Positions 1 through 9,486 of a DNA stretch of 38,189 bases are shown piece by piece. Under the pieces are notes generated by a model. The model had not been told where the DNA came from and did no database searches. It saw only the letters and a list, made by a program, of their open reading frames with translations. How positions within the stretch are numbered: position 1 is the stretch's first letter; every line of letters starts with the position of its first letter. The DNA lies in the IMG/VR virus record IMGVR_UViG_3300005805_000211, positions 1-38,189 of that record; one strand, 5' to 3'. Position numbers and translations under genes: made by a program. The stretch comes from a virus. Lineage: Duplodnaviria; Caudoviricetes.

Positions 1-476
1 CCAGGCCGGAGCACCACCACCCACCACCTTTCACCTAGAGCAGAGGTGATGCGAACCATTAGAGCATTGCGCCTGATAAACCCATTACAGACACGCCGAG
101 AGGCACTCATTGAGTGGAGATACATAACAGCCTTTATTAGTGAAGTGTTAGCCCTGATGAGCAGACAAGCACTAATAGATAACGAACCAACACCCTTCCC
201 TAACTTCACAGAGATACATATTAAAACCGAAAGACGAACAGGTATCTACAAGACACACAAGGTACTTGCCTCACTTCCACCTGACCATAGACGAGAAGTG
301 ATTAAAGACATACAGAGACGACGACGAAGGGCATACAACATATTCCTCAGGACAACATCTACGCAAGAGTTCTCTGAGTAGGTGAGACAGTAGTGAGTCC
401 TACCCCTACCACACCATAACCACACAGGGGTCAGAGGTAGGACACCAAGACAGCATATAAGTTCATTTTTGTATGT

Positions 477-505
477 TGGCAAGTCTGATAATGGTCTACT
501 AATAT
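477..505 (+). promoter_or_regulatory. cassette-type promoter, leaderless
   Basis: TGGCAA-GTCTG-N12-TAATAT, with the ATG at 512 only 6 nt after the -10 box. Confidence 0.7.
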
Positions 506-511
506 GAAGTT

Positions 512-823
512 ATGACCACACGAACATACACAACTACATATGATGAACAACAATGTCGCTACCCGAAGGGGTCGCTAGTCCAAGCGTCAGTTGAGCCACA
601 TAAAACTATTGCCTATGGTATTCGTACAGAGTGGGCAGTAGTGCTAACAGTCGCCTCACCGACAGGTGATAGTTCAGATTTTTTTCACCTACCTATTCCT
701 TGCTTGTCGCTAGAACAGGCGTGTGCTATCGCAGACGACTACAACAGAGGCTTAGAGCCACGCCTAGTTGGAGTTTGGTATGAGCAGTATGCGAAGTATG
801 ACGAGCAACTAAGAGTTTCGTGA
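512..823 (+). CDS. hypothetical protein
   Basis: Follows the promoter; GTGA overlap with the next ORF. Confidence 0.75.
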   Translation: MTTRTYTTTYDEQQCRYPKGSLVQASVEPHKTIAYGIRTEWAVVLTVASPTGDSSDFFHLPIPCLSLEQACAIADDYNRGLEPRLVGVWYEQYAKYDEQLRVS

Positions 824-1362
824 AACTAGCAACAGCCCACAGAGCCTCACGGGTATACACGGGTAATCTACTGATACTCCAGAACGCAGTCCGTGTAGCA
901 GGTATGACCAACACACTTGATCGTGTAGACCTAGCATTGCGAGGTTTCCTACCAGAACGAGTGAAGCGAAGTGCCTTTAGGAAAGAGTTGTTTATAGACA
1001 GGATGGTAGAGAACGCTTCTACCACTAACGCAGTAGACGACAGTCGCAAACTCTACGCAGATGAGTGGAGTGATGACCTAGAAACTTTTACCTCACGCTA
1101 CGAAATGCGAGTGTGGTACATAATCGGAAGGTGCTACGGTTTTGCTTTCGCAACAGATACTCAACAGTATCTCAACTACAAATCGGAACTACTCGCAGTA
1201 ATGAATATTGACAATGCCTCACTCGGCGAACTAACCAACACATATACGCTGGGAGTAGAACACGGTAGGAAAGATAAAAAACAGCGTGATGAGTGGCAGA
1301 AGCGTGAGCGCATAGAGACACTGCGAGAGCGTAATCATCCAGTCTTTGGAGATAATGAATAA
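820..1362 (+). CDS. hypothetical protein
   Basis: 180 aa, coupled to both neighbours. Confidence 0.8.
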   Translation: MKLATAHRASRVYTGNLLILQNAVRVAGMTNTLDRVDLALRGFLPERVKRSAFRKELFIDRMVENASTTNAVDDSRKLYADEWSDDLETFTSRYEMRVWYIIGRCYGFAFATDTQQYLNYKSELLAVMNIDNASLGELTNTYTLGVEHGRKDKKQRDEWQKRERIETLRERNHPVFGDNE

Positions 1363-1765
1363 CGCTCGGATATGTTCGGCGTGTGGGATAGAGAACCCCT
1401 GTACACAACAGAGGTTCTTACCTGATAATGGCTGGGTCTTACACTTTGACACCTTCGGCTATTACGGTGGATTTGATGACAACATTGAGACAGTGATTTC
1501 AGGCGCACCCAGTAGAGAGTGGATATTTTGTCACGACTGTGTTGTGAAGTTTCTTTCTTTATTTCCACTACTCCAAGCCAGTCTCGGCAAGGGGATACAC
1601 CTATGCGAAAGCGATACTCCGTGTTGCGAGTGGGCGTGGCGTGCTACGGGTAGGTTTGGTAAGTATGAGCGCAACGAGAGTGGTGAACTCGTACCTGTGA
1701 GTGGAGCGCATTACCAGATAGTCCAAGACGGTCTATGGGTAGACGGAGATGATGAGCGTGTGTGA
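1355..1765 (+). CDS. hypothetical Cys-rich (putative Zn-binding) protein
   Basis: CSAC and CHDC motifs; GGAG SD before ATG 1355 (the ORF track starts at 1346). Confidence 0.75.
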   Translation: MNNARICSACGIENPCTQQRFLPDNGWVLHFDTFGYYGGFDDNIETVISGAPSREWIFCHDCVVKFLSLFPLLQASLGKGIHLCESDTPCCEWAWRATGRFGKYERNESGELVPVSGAHYQIVQDGLWVDGDDERV

Positions 1766-1961
1766 CCACTACACGAAGCCAGACCTTTATAACGAGGTAG
1801 ATGAAGTTGTCGCTTTGTATGAAAGCAAAGCGCAACGGAGACTAGAGCAGTCAGCCCGTATCCCTTCCATAGATGAACCGATAGATGGCAGTAAGTATTA
1901 CGACCTCATATGCCAAGTCGCTAATGAGATGTGGCTTGATGACATACTGACTGATAGATAA
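1752..1961 (+). CDS. hypothetical protein
   Basis: GGAG SD; the stop codon lies in a TGATAGATAACT motif variant. Confidence 0.7.
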   Translation: MSVCDHYTKPDLYNEVDEVVALYESKAQRRLEQSARIPSIDEPIDGSKYYDLICQVANEMWLDDILTDR

Positions 1962-2030
1962 CTCCCCGAAGAAAGCCGGGGCTCTCAGTACGACAAGCCA
2001 AGAGTTATCTATTAGAGGTCTGTGAGTTGT

Positions 2031-2240
2031 TTAATAGATAACTATCTGTCCAACGCTCACAAGAAACACAATGCCGTTATGGGTGATGTAGGCGTACTCT
2101 TTTTCTGTCCCTTTGTACTCAACAAAAGTTGCCTCGACCGTTCCAGTGCGTTCCCGTTTACCTTTTCCGTTATCGGTTATGTATCCAAAAGATACGGGTA
2201 TCTGTACGGTCGTTCCCTTTTTTATTTCTGTTGTGTTCAT
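2031..2240 (-). CDS. hypothetical protein
   Basis: ATGA overlap with the upstream minus-strand ORF. Confidence 0.7.
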   Translation of the reverse strand: MNTTEIKKGTTVQIPVSFGYITDNGKGKRERTGTVEATFVEYKGTEKEYAYITHNGIVFLVSVGQIVIY

Positions 2241-2404
2241 CTCTTCGCTTTACTTGGTCTATCCATCTTTATCGCTTTGCTAAGTGCGCTCTCACGGGTT
2301 GGGTGTAGTTCTACTGGGGAATAACGGTTAGCCGTATCCACCACCCACCAACCCTTGCCTTCGTAATCAGGTCTTATGTCGTATCTCGGCATTGCGTACC
2401 CCAT
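2237..2404 (-). CDS. hypothetical protein
   Basis: ATG at 2404 overlaps the stop of the upstream ORF. Confidence 0.6.
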   Translation of the reverse strand: MGYAMPRYDIRPDYEGKGWWVVDTANRYSPVELHPTRESALSKAIKMDRPSKAKR

Positions 2405-2601
2405 TAGAGAACCGTGACCCACGACATTGCTACCCGTAGCAAGTTGTCATAGTCGCCTGATGTGGACTGTCTGGTGTACTCAGCGATTTCATCTGCCGAA
2501 ACTTTTGCTCGCTTTAGTGCTTTCCTTACAGCACCCATAATCGCAAATGCGTTGCCGTCATTGCCTGTTAGTTGTACTTCTATTTCTGGATACTTAACCA
2601 T
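2404..2601 (-). CDS. small conserved phage protein (LTGxDGNAF...SGDYDNLL type)
   Basis: Recognisable DGNAFAIMG and SGDYDNLL motifs; GAAAGG SD. Confidence 0.85.
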   Translation of the reverse strand: MVKYPEIEVQLTGNDGNAFAIMGAVRKALKRAKVSADEIAEYTRQSTSGDYDNLLRVAMSWVTVL

Positions 2602-2606
2602 CTGAG

Positions 2607-2807
2607 TTATCTATCCTTTCTCTCACCTGTGTAGTGGCGAATGATTTTCATAATGTCTGTGCCTTTTTCTACGGCAATATCAATATCTTCGTTTTCTACC
2701 AACGCTTCACGCTGTTCATCAGTAAGTTCGTTCGTATCTACAACCAAAACTTCATCACTTGCGTCAATAATCGTTGCTGTTCCTGCGTGAATAATCAAAA
2801 TAGTCAT
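2607..2807 (-). CDS. hypothetical protein
   Basis: GGAGG SD; part of an operon. Confidence 0.75.
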   Translation of the reverse strand: MTILIIHAGTATIIDASDEVLVVDTNELTDEQREALVENEDIDIAVEKGTDIMKIIRHYTGERKDR

Positions 2808-2999
2808 TTAGATTTCCTCCCCATTTACCCAAGCGTTTGTTTCGTGTGCTATTTCTAATACATCAAGACCGTAGTAGTCAATGATGAGTTGATTAGCCGT
2901 AGCCTCTGCTTTTTCCTCGTTGGTTGCTTCTACATTTACAGTCATCACGAAATAGTCAGCGACAAACTGAACTGTGTAGTATTTTGTTTTTGTTTTCAT
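2808..2999 (-). CDS. hypothetical protein
   Basis: GGGGAG SD, downstream of a cassette promoter. Confidence 0.8.
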   Translation of the reverse strand: MKTKTKYYTVQFVADYFVMTVNVEATNEEKAEATANQLIIDYYGLDVLEIAHETNAWVNGEEI

Positions 3000-3034
3000 T
3001 ACTCCCCCTTTTGTGTGGTGTTGGTTATACCATC

Positions 3035-3170
3035 AGTGTATTCTGCCCATTTCAGACTAGCCACCTGAGTTATCTATTAGAGACCATCAGTTGTTTAAAA
3101 TGTGTGCCAGTCGGTACGGGTTATCGGAAGCCCCCCGTGTTCGGCAAAATCCAAGCACCTGAAGCCCCGG
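3035..3170 (-). repeat. composite cassette element
   Basis: One GCCCCG arm near 3164, the polar motif at 3120-3138, TAATAGATAACT near 3068, and promoter TGGCTA-GTCTG-N12-TACACT at 3063-3035. Confidence 0.85.
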
Positions 3171-3253
3171 CTCAAACACAAAAAAATCAGACTGGCGCGC
3201 CCACAAAATTCGTGGGCTTGCCCTCAGAGAGAGAGTGTGACGGGTCGCCAAGT

Positions 3254-3282
3254 TGGCTAGTCTGTACCTGTAGAGATACACT
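3254..3282 (+). promoter_or_regulatory. cassette-type promoter
   Basis: TGGCTA-GTCTG-N12-TACACT. Confidence 0.8.
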
Positions 3283-3311
3283 CATAGACAACCACAAAAA
3301 AGGGAGAAACA

Positions 3312-3659
3312 ATGGACACGAAAACATTTGAACAAAAAGTTAAAGACGCCATAGACGGCGAAATAATTATTGGTGACGGACACACACTGTTCGGCGCTGA
3401 CTTCTATGCACCGCACTTCACGGCAAGCGAACTCACTGACGCTGGCCTGCTTCGTAATCACGCAAGCAACCAAGAGTCGTGGAAGTCCACCATCTTTAGT
3501 GACAATGGTGAAGTGATTGACGAACTGTTTGCCGTTTACAATTTGGAATTTCTTTATTGGATTGCAAATCAAATTGGAGTGACAGAAAGTGTTCGGTCAA
3601 TGGGGCGCGGTTCGCAAGCGCGAGAACTGGTCGGTTATATTCGCGAAAAGTTGGCCTGA
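3312..3659 (+). CDS. hypothetical protein
   Basis: Promoter, CA-rich leader and AGGGAG SD. Confidence 0.85.
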   Translation: MDTKTFEQKVKDAIDGEIIIGDGHTLFGADFYAPHFTASELTDAGLLRNHASNQESWKSTIFSDNGEVIDELFAVYNLEFLYWIANQIGVTESVRSMGRGSQARELVGYIREKLA

Positions 3660-3673
3660 AAAGTTATCTATTA

Positions 3674-3703
3674 GAGAGTGTGGGGGGAAACTCCCACACT
3701 CTC
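3674..3703. terminator. hairpin between convergent genes
   Basis: GAGAGTGTGGG / CCCACACTCTC, flanked by two AGTTATCTATTA motifs. Confidence 0.6.
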
Positions 3704-3715
3704 AAAAGTTATCTA

Positions 3716-3952
3716 TTAAAGTAATGCCGGCTTCGCGAGCCTCTGTGTGCCGACCAACCATAACGCCCACGCATTAACGCCAGACACGAGTTCTCTCATT
3801 GTGATACCCCACTCCTCACACTGGGTATCAAAATCGCCTTGAGCAATTTCACCCCACACATCGGCCACCGCTTGCGCCCCTGATATTCCTAGCGCGTAAT
3901 AATTCTCGTTCAGTATTTCTATAATTTCTGTTGTCTTTAATTTACTGGTCAT
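3716..3952 (-). CDS. hypothetical protein
   Basis: Starts about 10 nt after a minus-oriented polar motif. Confidence 0.7.
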   Translation of the reverse strand: MTSKLKTTEIIEILNENYYALGISGAQAVADVWGEIAQGDFDTQCEEWGITMRELVSGVNAWALWLVGTQRLAKPALL

Positions 3953-3961
3953 AGCCCAACC

Positions 3962-4010
3962 TTATCGGAAGCCCCCCATCAAAGCAAGACCTACGCAGGG
4001 GGAGCCCCGC
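3962..4010 (-). repeat. truncated composite cassette element
   Basis: TTATCGGAAGCCCCCC at 3962-3977 plus one AGCCCCG arm. Confidence 0.7.
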
Positions 4011-4065
4011 CACCCTCTAAGATGTATTCAGATAAATCTATCTAGAAGGCAAGCAGGAGAAGACA

Positions 4066-5088
4066 ATGGCACACGGTTTAGAGATTACGGCAGGAGGGGT
4101 GGCTCGAATGGCGTACTCTAATAGAGAAATCCCCTGGCACAGACTTGGGATAGCGATGAAGGGTCTCCAAACAGCCGAAGCAATGCTCGAAGCCGCACAG
4201 GCAGACTTTGACGTAGTCACTACACGGGTTGCTGTGTGTGACGACAATGGCGAACCTATACGAAACCCCGACAACTCTCCAATATTAATTAGCGATAGTC
4301 GCGCGACCGTACGGGTGAATAATGATGGAACGTTCGAGGGTCTCTCAACGGTCGGAACTCGCTACGTGGTTCAGCAAAACAAAGAGTGTTTAGATTACGC
4401 CCTAGCAATTGTCGGAGCTAGTACGGGTGATGCTGTAGTTGACACGTGTGGAGTTCTTAATGGTGGGCGTGAATTCTTTGCTTCACTAGATCTCGGCGCA
4501 CTAGTCATTGACCCCATGGGCGTAAATGACCAAATCGAACGTTATCTATTAGTGAGAAACGGGCATGACGGCAAGACGCCGATTACCTTTGCCAACACTT
4601 CTATCCGAGCAGTATGTAAGAACACAGTAATCGCTGGGATGAAATCAGCGAAACGTGTATTCACTGCTCGCCATACAAGAAATGTCGAAGCCGCAATAGA
4701 GCAAGCCAACGAAGTTCTTAATATTTCTAATGCGTGGGCGTCAGAATTCACGAGAACAGCAGAAAAATTACTCTCCGTCAAAGTCGCTCCCGGAACAAAA
4801 ATATTTGGAGATGTTCTTGACGCAGTGTTTCCATTAGAAAATGGCGCAACGTCTAGACAAAAGAAAAACAGAGACGAAGTTCTCTCGCTTGTCAAGGGTG
4901 TTTACGAAAGTGATAACAACGCAAAGGGCTACGGGTATAACGGTTGGTCAATGCTGAATGCTATTGGCGAATATCTTGATCACTATCGCGAAGCGACCCC
5001 AGTTGAGAGAGCGCTTGCGTCAATGGATAATAACTCTTGGGTGACAAGAGCAAAAATGATCGCTCAAGACAAACTCTTGTCGGTTTAA
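4066..5088 (+). CDS. DUF932 family phage/plasmid protein (TIGR03299-like)
   Basis: MAHGLE start, PWHRLG, Y-x-V-x-QN, L-x-GG, YLLVRNGHDG and IRAVCKNT motifs. Confidence 0.9.
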   Translation: MAHGLEITAGGVARMAYSNREIPWHRLGIAMKGLQTAEAMLEAAQADFDVVTTRVAVCDDNGEPIRNPDNSPILISDSRATVRVNNDGTFEGLSTVGTRYVVQQNKECLDYALAIVGASTGDAVVDTCGVLNGGREFFASLDLGALVIDPMGVNDQIERYLLVRNGHDGKTPITFANTSIRAVCKNTVIAGMKSAKRVFTARHTRNVEAAIEQANEVLNISNAWASEFTRTAEKLLSVKVAPGTKIFGDVLDAVFPLENGATSRQKKNRDEVLSLVKGVYESDNNAKGYGYNGWSMLNAIGEYLDHYREATPVERALASMDNNSWVTRAKMIAQDKLLSV

Positions 5089-5141
5089 TAAGTGCAGCAA
5101 CCTGTATCATCTAAACAGAACTCTTACGAAATGAGGCAACA

Positions 5142-5582
5142 TTGAGTGAGGAATATGATGATGAAGCATCTGACTTCTCGGGACACGGCGAAGACGATAT
5201 GCCCACAAGAGAAGAGCTTGCTATTTGGCTTAGTGAATTTATGTCTCAGTCCCAAAAGGCTAATGCCATGTATAGAAATCATTTCTGTACTCTATTAGTT
5301 TCCAAGCTTCACAAAGAGTTTGGTATTGAGGGGATGTGTGAGTTGATGATGGCGATAGACAAGCGTTCGGGTTGGGTCTCGGACATCATTATCGAGGACA
5401 ACGACATCCATGACATCCTTTTCCGTGAGTACGGCGTGTTCGACAATGATGCAATAATTAAGGCAAGGATGAGTAGTCAACTTGTCGAGATGAATAAGAA
5501 AATTTGGAGACTACGCAAAAAGTACGCAAAACTGATCGCTGAGGAAATAGCGTCTAACGCGTCTGCACAAGTTAAGGAATAG
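5142..5582 (+). CDS. hypothetical protein
   Basis: 146 aa ORF, GAGG SD, TTG start. Confidence 0.75.
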   Translation: MSEEYDDEASDFSGHGEDDMPTREELAIWLSEFMSQSQKANAMYRNHFCTLLVSKLHKEFGIEGMCELMMAIDKRSGWVSDIIIEDNDIHDILFREYGVFDNDAIIKARMSSQLVEMNKKIWRLRKKYAKLIAEEIASNASAQVKE

Positions 5583-7526
5583 TTATCTATTAATAGATGC
5601 TCGCGAAATTAACCCGAGTATTAACTGCACTGCCCCATCTTCCTCAACAAAATCTCCACCCTCGACAGCTGCATTAACAACTGTTCTTTTGTTATCTATT
5701 AGCTCATAGATGTATTCGTCTATAGTCCCACTCGTCAGCATGTATGTCGCCGTGACTGAACCCGTTTGACCAATACGGTGAAGTCTGGAATATGTCTGGT
5801 CTATGTCTGCGGGTGTCCATGGCAACTCGATGAACAAACACTCCTCGGACGCCGTAAGGGTGTGCCCTGTTTTGGCAGCCTGTATAGATAACGCAATTAC
5901 CGGAGCTTCATCCACCGATAAAGTCTGAAACTTTCTTTTGTTTTCTTCTACGTCTTCTACTTTCATTCCGCCCTGGATGCGTAGGTCCCCAAACTTACGG
6001 GCTACTTCGTCAACAATGTCTCGATGATGCGCTGCTACTACTACTTTTTTCCCGTTATCTATTCTCTCTTGTATCCATTCGAGCGCTGCTTCCATTTTCG
6101 CTTTAGCCGCGAGCCTTCTCAAGACAGATAGTCGAACTAGGTGTTCATTTGCTTCCGCCCTGATCATTGCCGACATTGCTGCGTTATAGGAAGGCAGCCC
6201 TTGCTCTATCGCTAACTGCCTAGCCCTTTCTGCGATATACATCAAAATATCTTGCTCTGCTTTCACGTAGTCTTTCATCGCGGCACTCGAACCGTCAATG
6301 ACTAATCGACTATGAACTACGGGCGGCAACTCTGATAGCACCTGGTCCTTGGTTCGGCGTATGTAGCATGCTCCTCTTAATCGTTCGTTTAACTCGTCAA
6401 GATGTGAATTGCCACTTAAGTTCCATTGACCAAATCTGTCTTGGTACGCAGCGCAATACCTTCGATAAAAACCCCAAAGACCTCCAAAATCCTTCAGCCT
6501 TCCCAAGATGTCTAGTTGACTGGCATATTCGGCTGGCCTGTTTGTCACGGGTGTTCCAGTGAGACAAAGCACGGGTGTATTCTTCTTGCTACTTCTAGCT
6601 ATTTTTATTGCTGCCTTTGTTCGTTGTGCCGTCGATGTTTTGCAGTAGTGGCTCTCGTCGAACACATAAGCGCCATGTCCCAAAAGATTAGCTTGCCATG
6701 CTTGTATGTTGCTGTAGCCAACGACGACTATGTCGTATGAGTTTTCTCCTGGGAATGTTTTTCTATTTGTTACTGTGCTAACTCTTCTATGAGGTATCCA
6801 CTTTGATATCTCATACGCCCAGTTGAGTACAAGGCTTGGTGGACACACAACAACGGCCGGATAAGTATCCCCATCTCTGGCAGATAAATACTCCAACGTT
6901 GCTATCGCCTGAATTGTTTTACCCAACCCCATCTCATCTGCAATAAATGTTCTTCGAGCGTTTGCCGCATAAGCAACGCCGGCTTTTTGATATGGAAGTA
7001 ATTCTCCAGTAAGGCCGGGCACGACTATGTCGGCGTCGGTCGACCTGGAAGCTTCGATTAATGTGTTGATTTGCGAATTTACTTTCTTGGAAATTGCCAT
7101 AACTTCGGCATCTATGGCCACATCAAAACCTTGAGCCCACTCAATTACTTGCGAGATGGATGACATCGGCGCGCGCCACGAATATCGTGCTCCATCCCAT
7201 GAAACAGCCGGGATTTTTTTTACTGCCGCGATTATTACTCGCTCGTATGGGAACTTCATATATATCATGTCGTCATAAAGAGACACGCGTTGCTCGCCGT
7301 GGGAAGCAATACTTTTTGGGGCCTGGAATTTTAAAACATCAGAGGTGACTTCGAACTCGTACTTAAGAGCAAACTCCCTAGCAGAGGCGATGGACGTAAT
7401 TGGAACTCTCCACACCTTGGCTACTTTGTCCCATCGAGCTCCATTTACTCTCTTTATTTCGCTTACCTGTTCTTGGTCGAACGGGAAATCAAAAATGAGT
7501 TCTTTGTTATCAAGAAACATCCTCAT
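5583..7526 (-). CDS. SNF2/SWI2-family helicase with two N-terminal HARP-like repeats (SMARCAL1-like)
   Basis: ADEMGLGKT, DESH, LTGTP, YIRRTK and QTYSRLHRIGQ motifs; duplicated FPY/F...K...WD...WR.P unit. Confidence 0.92.
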   Translation of the reverse strand: MRMFLDNKELIFDFPFDQEQVSEIKRVNGARWDKVAKVWRVPITSIASAREFALKYEFEVTSDVLKFQAPKSIASHGEQRVSLYDDMIYMKFPYERVIIAAVKKIPAVSWDGARYSWRAPMSSISQVIEWAQGFDVAIDAEVMAISKKVNSQINTLIEASRSTDADIVVPGLTGELLPYQKAGVAYAANARRTFIADEMGLGKTIQAIATLEYLSARDGDTYPAVVVCPPSLVLNWAYEISKWIPHRRVSTVTNRKTFPGENSYDIVVVGYSNIQAWQANLLGHGAYVFDESHYCKTSTAQRTKAAIKIARSSKKNTPVLCLTGTPVTNRPAEYASQLDILGRLKDFGGLWGFYRRYCAAYQDRFGQWNLSGNSHLDELNERLRGACYIRRTKDQVLSELPPVVHSRLVIDGSSAAMKDYVKAEQDILMYIAERARQLAIEQGLPSYNAAMSAMIRAEANEHLVRLSVLRRLAAKAKMEAALEWIQERIDNGKKVVVAAHHRDIVDEVARKFGDLRIQGGMKVEDVEENKRKFQTLSVDEAPVIALSIQAAKTGHTLTASEECLFIELPWTPADIDQTYSRLHRIGQTGSVTATYMLTSGTIDEYIYELIDNKRTVVNAAVEGGDFVEEDGAVQLILGLISRASINR

Positions 7527-7544
7527 TCGGTAAGTTTAACTCAG

Positions 7545-7621
7545 AAATAAACCGACTGACGGGCCACTATTAGCGGTTAGATGAAGGGAGAACCGCTCGT
7601 CGTGACCCGTCAGCCACCACA
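7545..7621 (-). ncRNA. candidate sRNA or structured leader with an anti-SD loop
   Basis: 13-bp plus 7-bp stem with G-U pairs on the minus strand, loop CUCCCUUCAUCU, followed by UUUAUUU; promoter just upstream. Confidence 0.45.
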
Positions 7622-7627
7622 AGGTTC

Positions 7628-7656
7628 ATGGTACAGCCCCATTAACAGACTAGACA
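7628..7656 (-). promoter_or_regulatory. cassette-type promoter
   Basis: TGTCTA-GTCTG-N12-TACCAT. Confidence 0.7.
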
Positions 7657-7675
7657 TCCTGTAGCATCAAATCTT

Positions 7676-7882
7676 ATGAGCAAACAGTATTCAATGTTTA
7701 ATTGTGTAGTTTGTGGATTCCCTATTGACCCGAAGTCAGCGAATGCTGAAAGACTCGGCGTGGTTTGGCTGCGCTCGAGCGGCAAAACAATTACGCGAGT
7801 AGTGGAGGAACTTCACTCATACAAGCACGAATTTTGCGATGACAAAGGCATGACAGACTATGTACAAGATCCCCTTTTCTAA
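7676..7882 (+). CDS. small putative Zn-binding protein
   Basis: CVVC and HEFC motifs; TAGCAT -10-like box just upstream (leaderless). Confidence 0.65.
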   Translation: MSKQYSMFNCVVCGFPIDPKSANAERLGVVWLRSSGKTITRVVEELHSYKHEFCDDKGMTDYVQDPLF

Positions 7883-8090
7883 ATTTGCATCAAGACTCTC
7901 AAACCTGAGAGCGGTTATCTATTGGAAGAAGTACAGCCTTCTTGCCCCACCATGTAAGCACTGCGTCTTCGAAATCACAAAGATGCCGGACATTCGTGGC
8001 CGGATGAAGTACTATCCGATTTGGGTTACGTGTACAAACCCTGAGTGGGGTGGGCCGGCAAACGACGGGTGTCAGTGGGGAAACGTTTAA

Positions 8091-8219
8091 AGTTATCGGA
8101 AGCCCCCGTACCGAATCGATGTGTGGTCCCTTCGAGCGGGGCTCTTTCTATCAATAAAAAAAGTTATCTATTAATAAAAAAAGTTATCTATTAGAGAACA
8201 GTGTCTCTAATAGATAACT
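8091..8219 (-). repeat. composite cassette element with inverted TAATAGATAACT pair
   Basis: Polar motif at 8091-8109; palindrome AGTTATCTATTAGAGA-N6-TCTCTAATAGATAACT at 8182-8219. Confidence 0.75.
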
Positions 8220-8224
8220 TTTCT

Positions 8225-8599
8225 TTAGAGCCACTCGGCTAAATCGCCATCCATAATTTCAGATGAGTCCACTCCGTTAGCTTCAGCGATTGCTTCCCAT
8301 AAATCTTCTTCAGTGAAATTGCCGTTCTCTGGAAGAAAATCATAAAAAGTGCCAGTCTTTTTACGAGGCTCAACTACTTCCACTTCTTCATCAGCAAATA
8401 AAGTTTGGAAGATTACAGGGCTATATTCGTCTTCGTGTCCCTCAATGTCTACTCCATCCCTCATGGTGTCGGTGTCCATGTCGTAAACACTTTGTGGACT
8501 CACGGATACTTCACTTACTTTGATTTTTACTTGTTGTCCAAGAAAATCTGAACACTTAATAATCATTCCCTCTTTTATTTCTTTGGCTTGAATTTTCAT
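8225..8599 (-). CDS. hypothetical acidic protein
   Basis: CAACTA leader and GAGGG SD. Confidence 0.8.
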   Translation of the reverse strand: MKIQAKEIKEGMIIKCSDFLGQQVKIKVSEVSVSPQSVYDMDTDTMRDGVDIEGHEDEYSPVIFQTLFADEEVEVVEPRKKTGTFYDFLPENGNFTEEDLWEAIAEANGVDSSEIMDGDLAEWL

Positions 8600-8653
8600 A
8601 ATTTCCCTCTCGTTGTTTAGTTGTTGTTTAGTTATTGTTTATTAAATCGATTT

Positions 8654-8947
8654 TTATACACTTAACCCTTCGGCTTTGGCTTCGTCAAATGAGAGCCAAG
8701 GGCTATCTGAGACCAAAGTTTTCATTTCTTCTAAAACAAGAAACCAGTATTCTGCTACTGATAAATCACAAAGTTGATCCTCGCTGGCAAATCCTGTATG
8801 TCCTGAGTTGGTGTAAAGATCTTTAGGCAACTCAATCTGATGAGAGAAGCACCGATTACCGTGTTCTTTGTAAAAGTATTGATTAAGTTTCAAATTATTA
8901 TCTTTTGCGTATGTTTCGCATTCTTTTCTACTTGATGATTTCTTCAT
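8654..8947 (-). CDS. hypothetical protein
   Basis: Promoter and GAGGGG SD. Confidence 0.8.
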   Translation of the reverse strand: MKKSSSRKECETYAKDNNLKLNQYFYKEHGNRCFSHQIELPKDLYTNSGHTGFASEDQLCDLSVAEYWFLVLEEMKTLVSDSPWLSFDEAKAEGLSV

Positions 8948-8976
8948 AATTCCCCTCTCATTATGTGGATGCTTTA

Positions 8977-9018
8977 ATGGTACTGGTCAAAGTACAGACT
9001 AGCCAAGTTATCTATTAG
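8977..9018 (-). promoter_or_regulatory. cassette-type promoter abutting TAATAGATAACT
   Basis: TAATAGATAAC-T-TGGCTA-GTCTG-N12-TACCAT. Confidence 0.8.
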
Positions 9019-9030
9019 TGATATATCGCT

Positions 9031-9471
9031 CTAGGTTAAGTTCCGATACTTCCAAACGTGAATCAATGGGTAATGATGAGTAGGGTTCTCTAAATCTAAT
9101 TCTTCATTATCTATATCTGGAGTGACACGAAATTTTCTCGTCTTGGTGTCCACTCCGTTATATGTATCTGGATAATTTTCTCTTACCTTATTTGCGAAAT
9201 CATTAAATTGTTTTCTGCCGATATTTGCGATTAACGCTAGTTGGCAAGCGAATAAATCTGGCTCAGTAATTTTCGGCATAGTGAGCGATAATGTCGCGCG
9301 CTTATTTCGCTCTACGTCTTTCCAATTCTTTCCAAATTGTTCCGTCAATACTTGTTTCACTTCTTTATGTTTTATTCCAAAGTGTTTTGCAATATCGCAT
9401 ACGGGTACTTCATCAAGAAACATCTCACATATGTATTTATATAATTTAGTGTTGAGCGATATCGTGGTCAT
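9031..9471 (-). CDS. hypothetical protein with possible N-terminal HTH
   Basis: VPVCDIAKHFGIKHKEVKQVL resembles an HTH. Confidence 0.7.
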   Translation of the reverse strand: MTTISLNTKLYKYICEMFLDEVPVCDIAKHFGIKHKEVKQVLTEQFGKNWKDVERNKRATLSLTMPKITEPDLFACQLALIANIGRKQFNDFANKVRENYPDTYNGVDTKTRKFRVTPDIDNEELDLENPTHHYPLIHVWKYRNLT

Positions 9472-9486
9472 ATCTAGTCTCTCAAT

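Noticed and set aside
46-381. ORF at the window start
   Set aside because: Possible gene (it has an in-frame LIDN motif), but the start is weak and there is no recognisable domain, so it was not called.
7860-8090. Plus-strand ORF, or an alternative minus-strand frame, downstream of the 8091 motif
   Set aside because: Neither frame has a convincing start or RBS. It may be a decayed cassette, but that cannot be supported.
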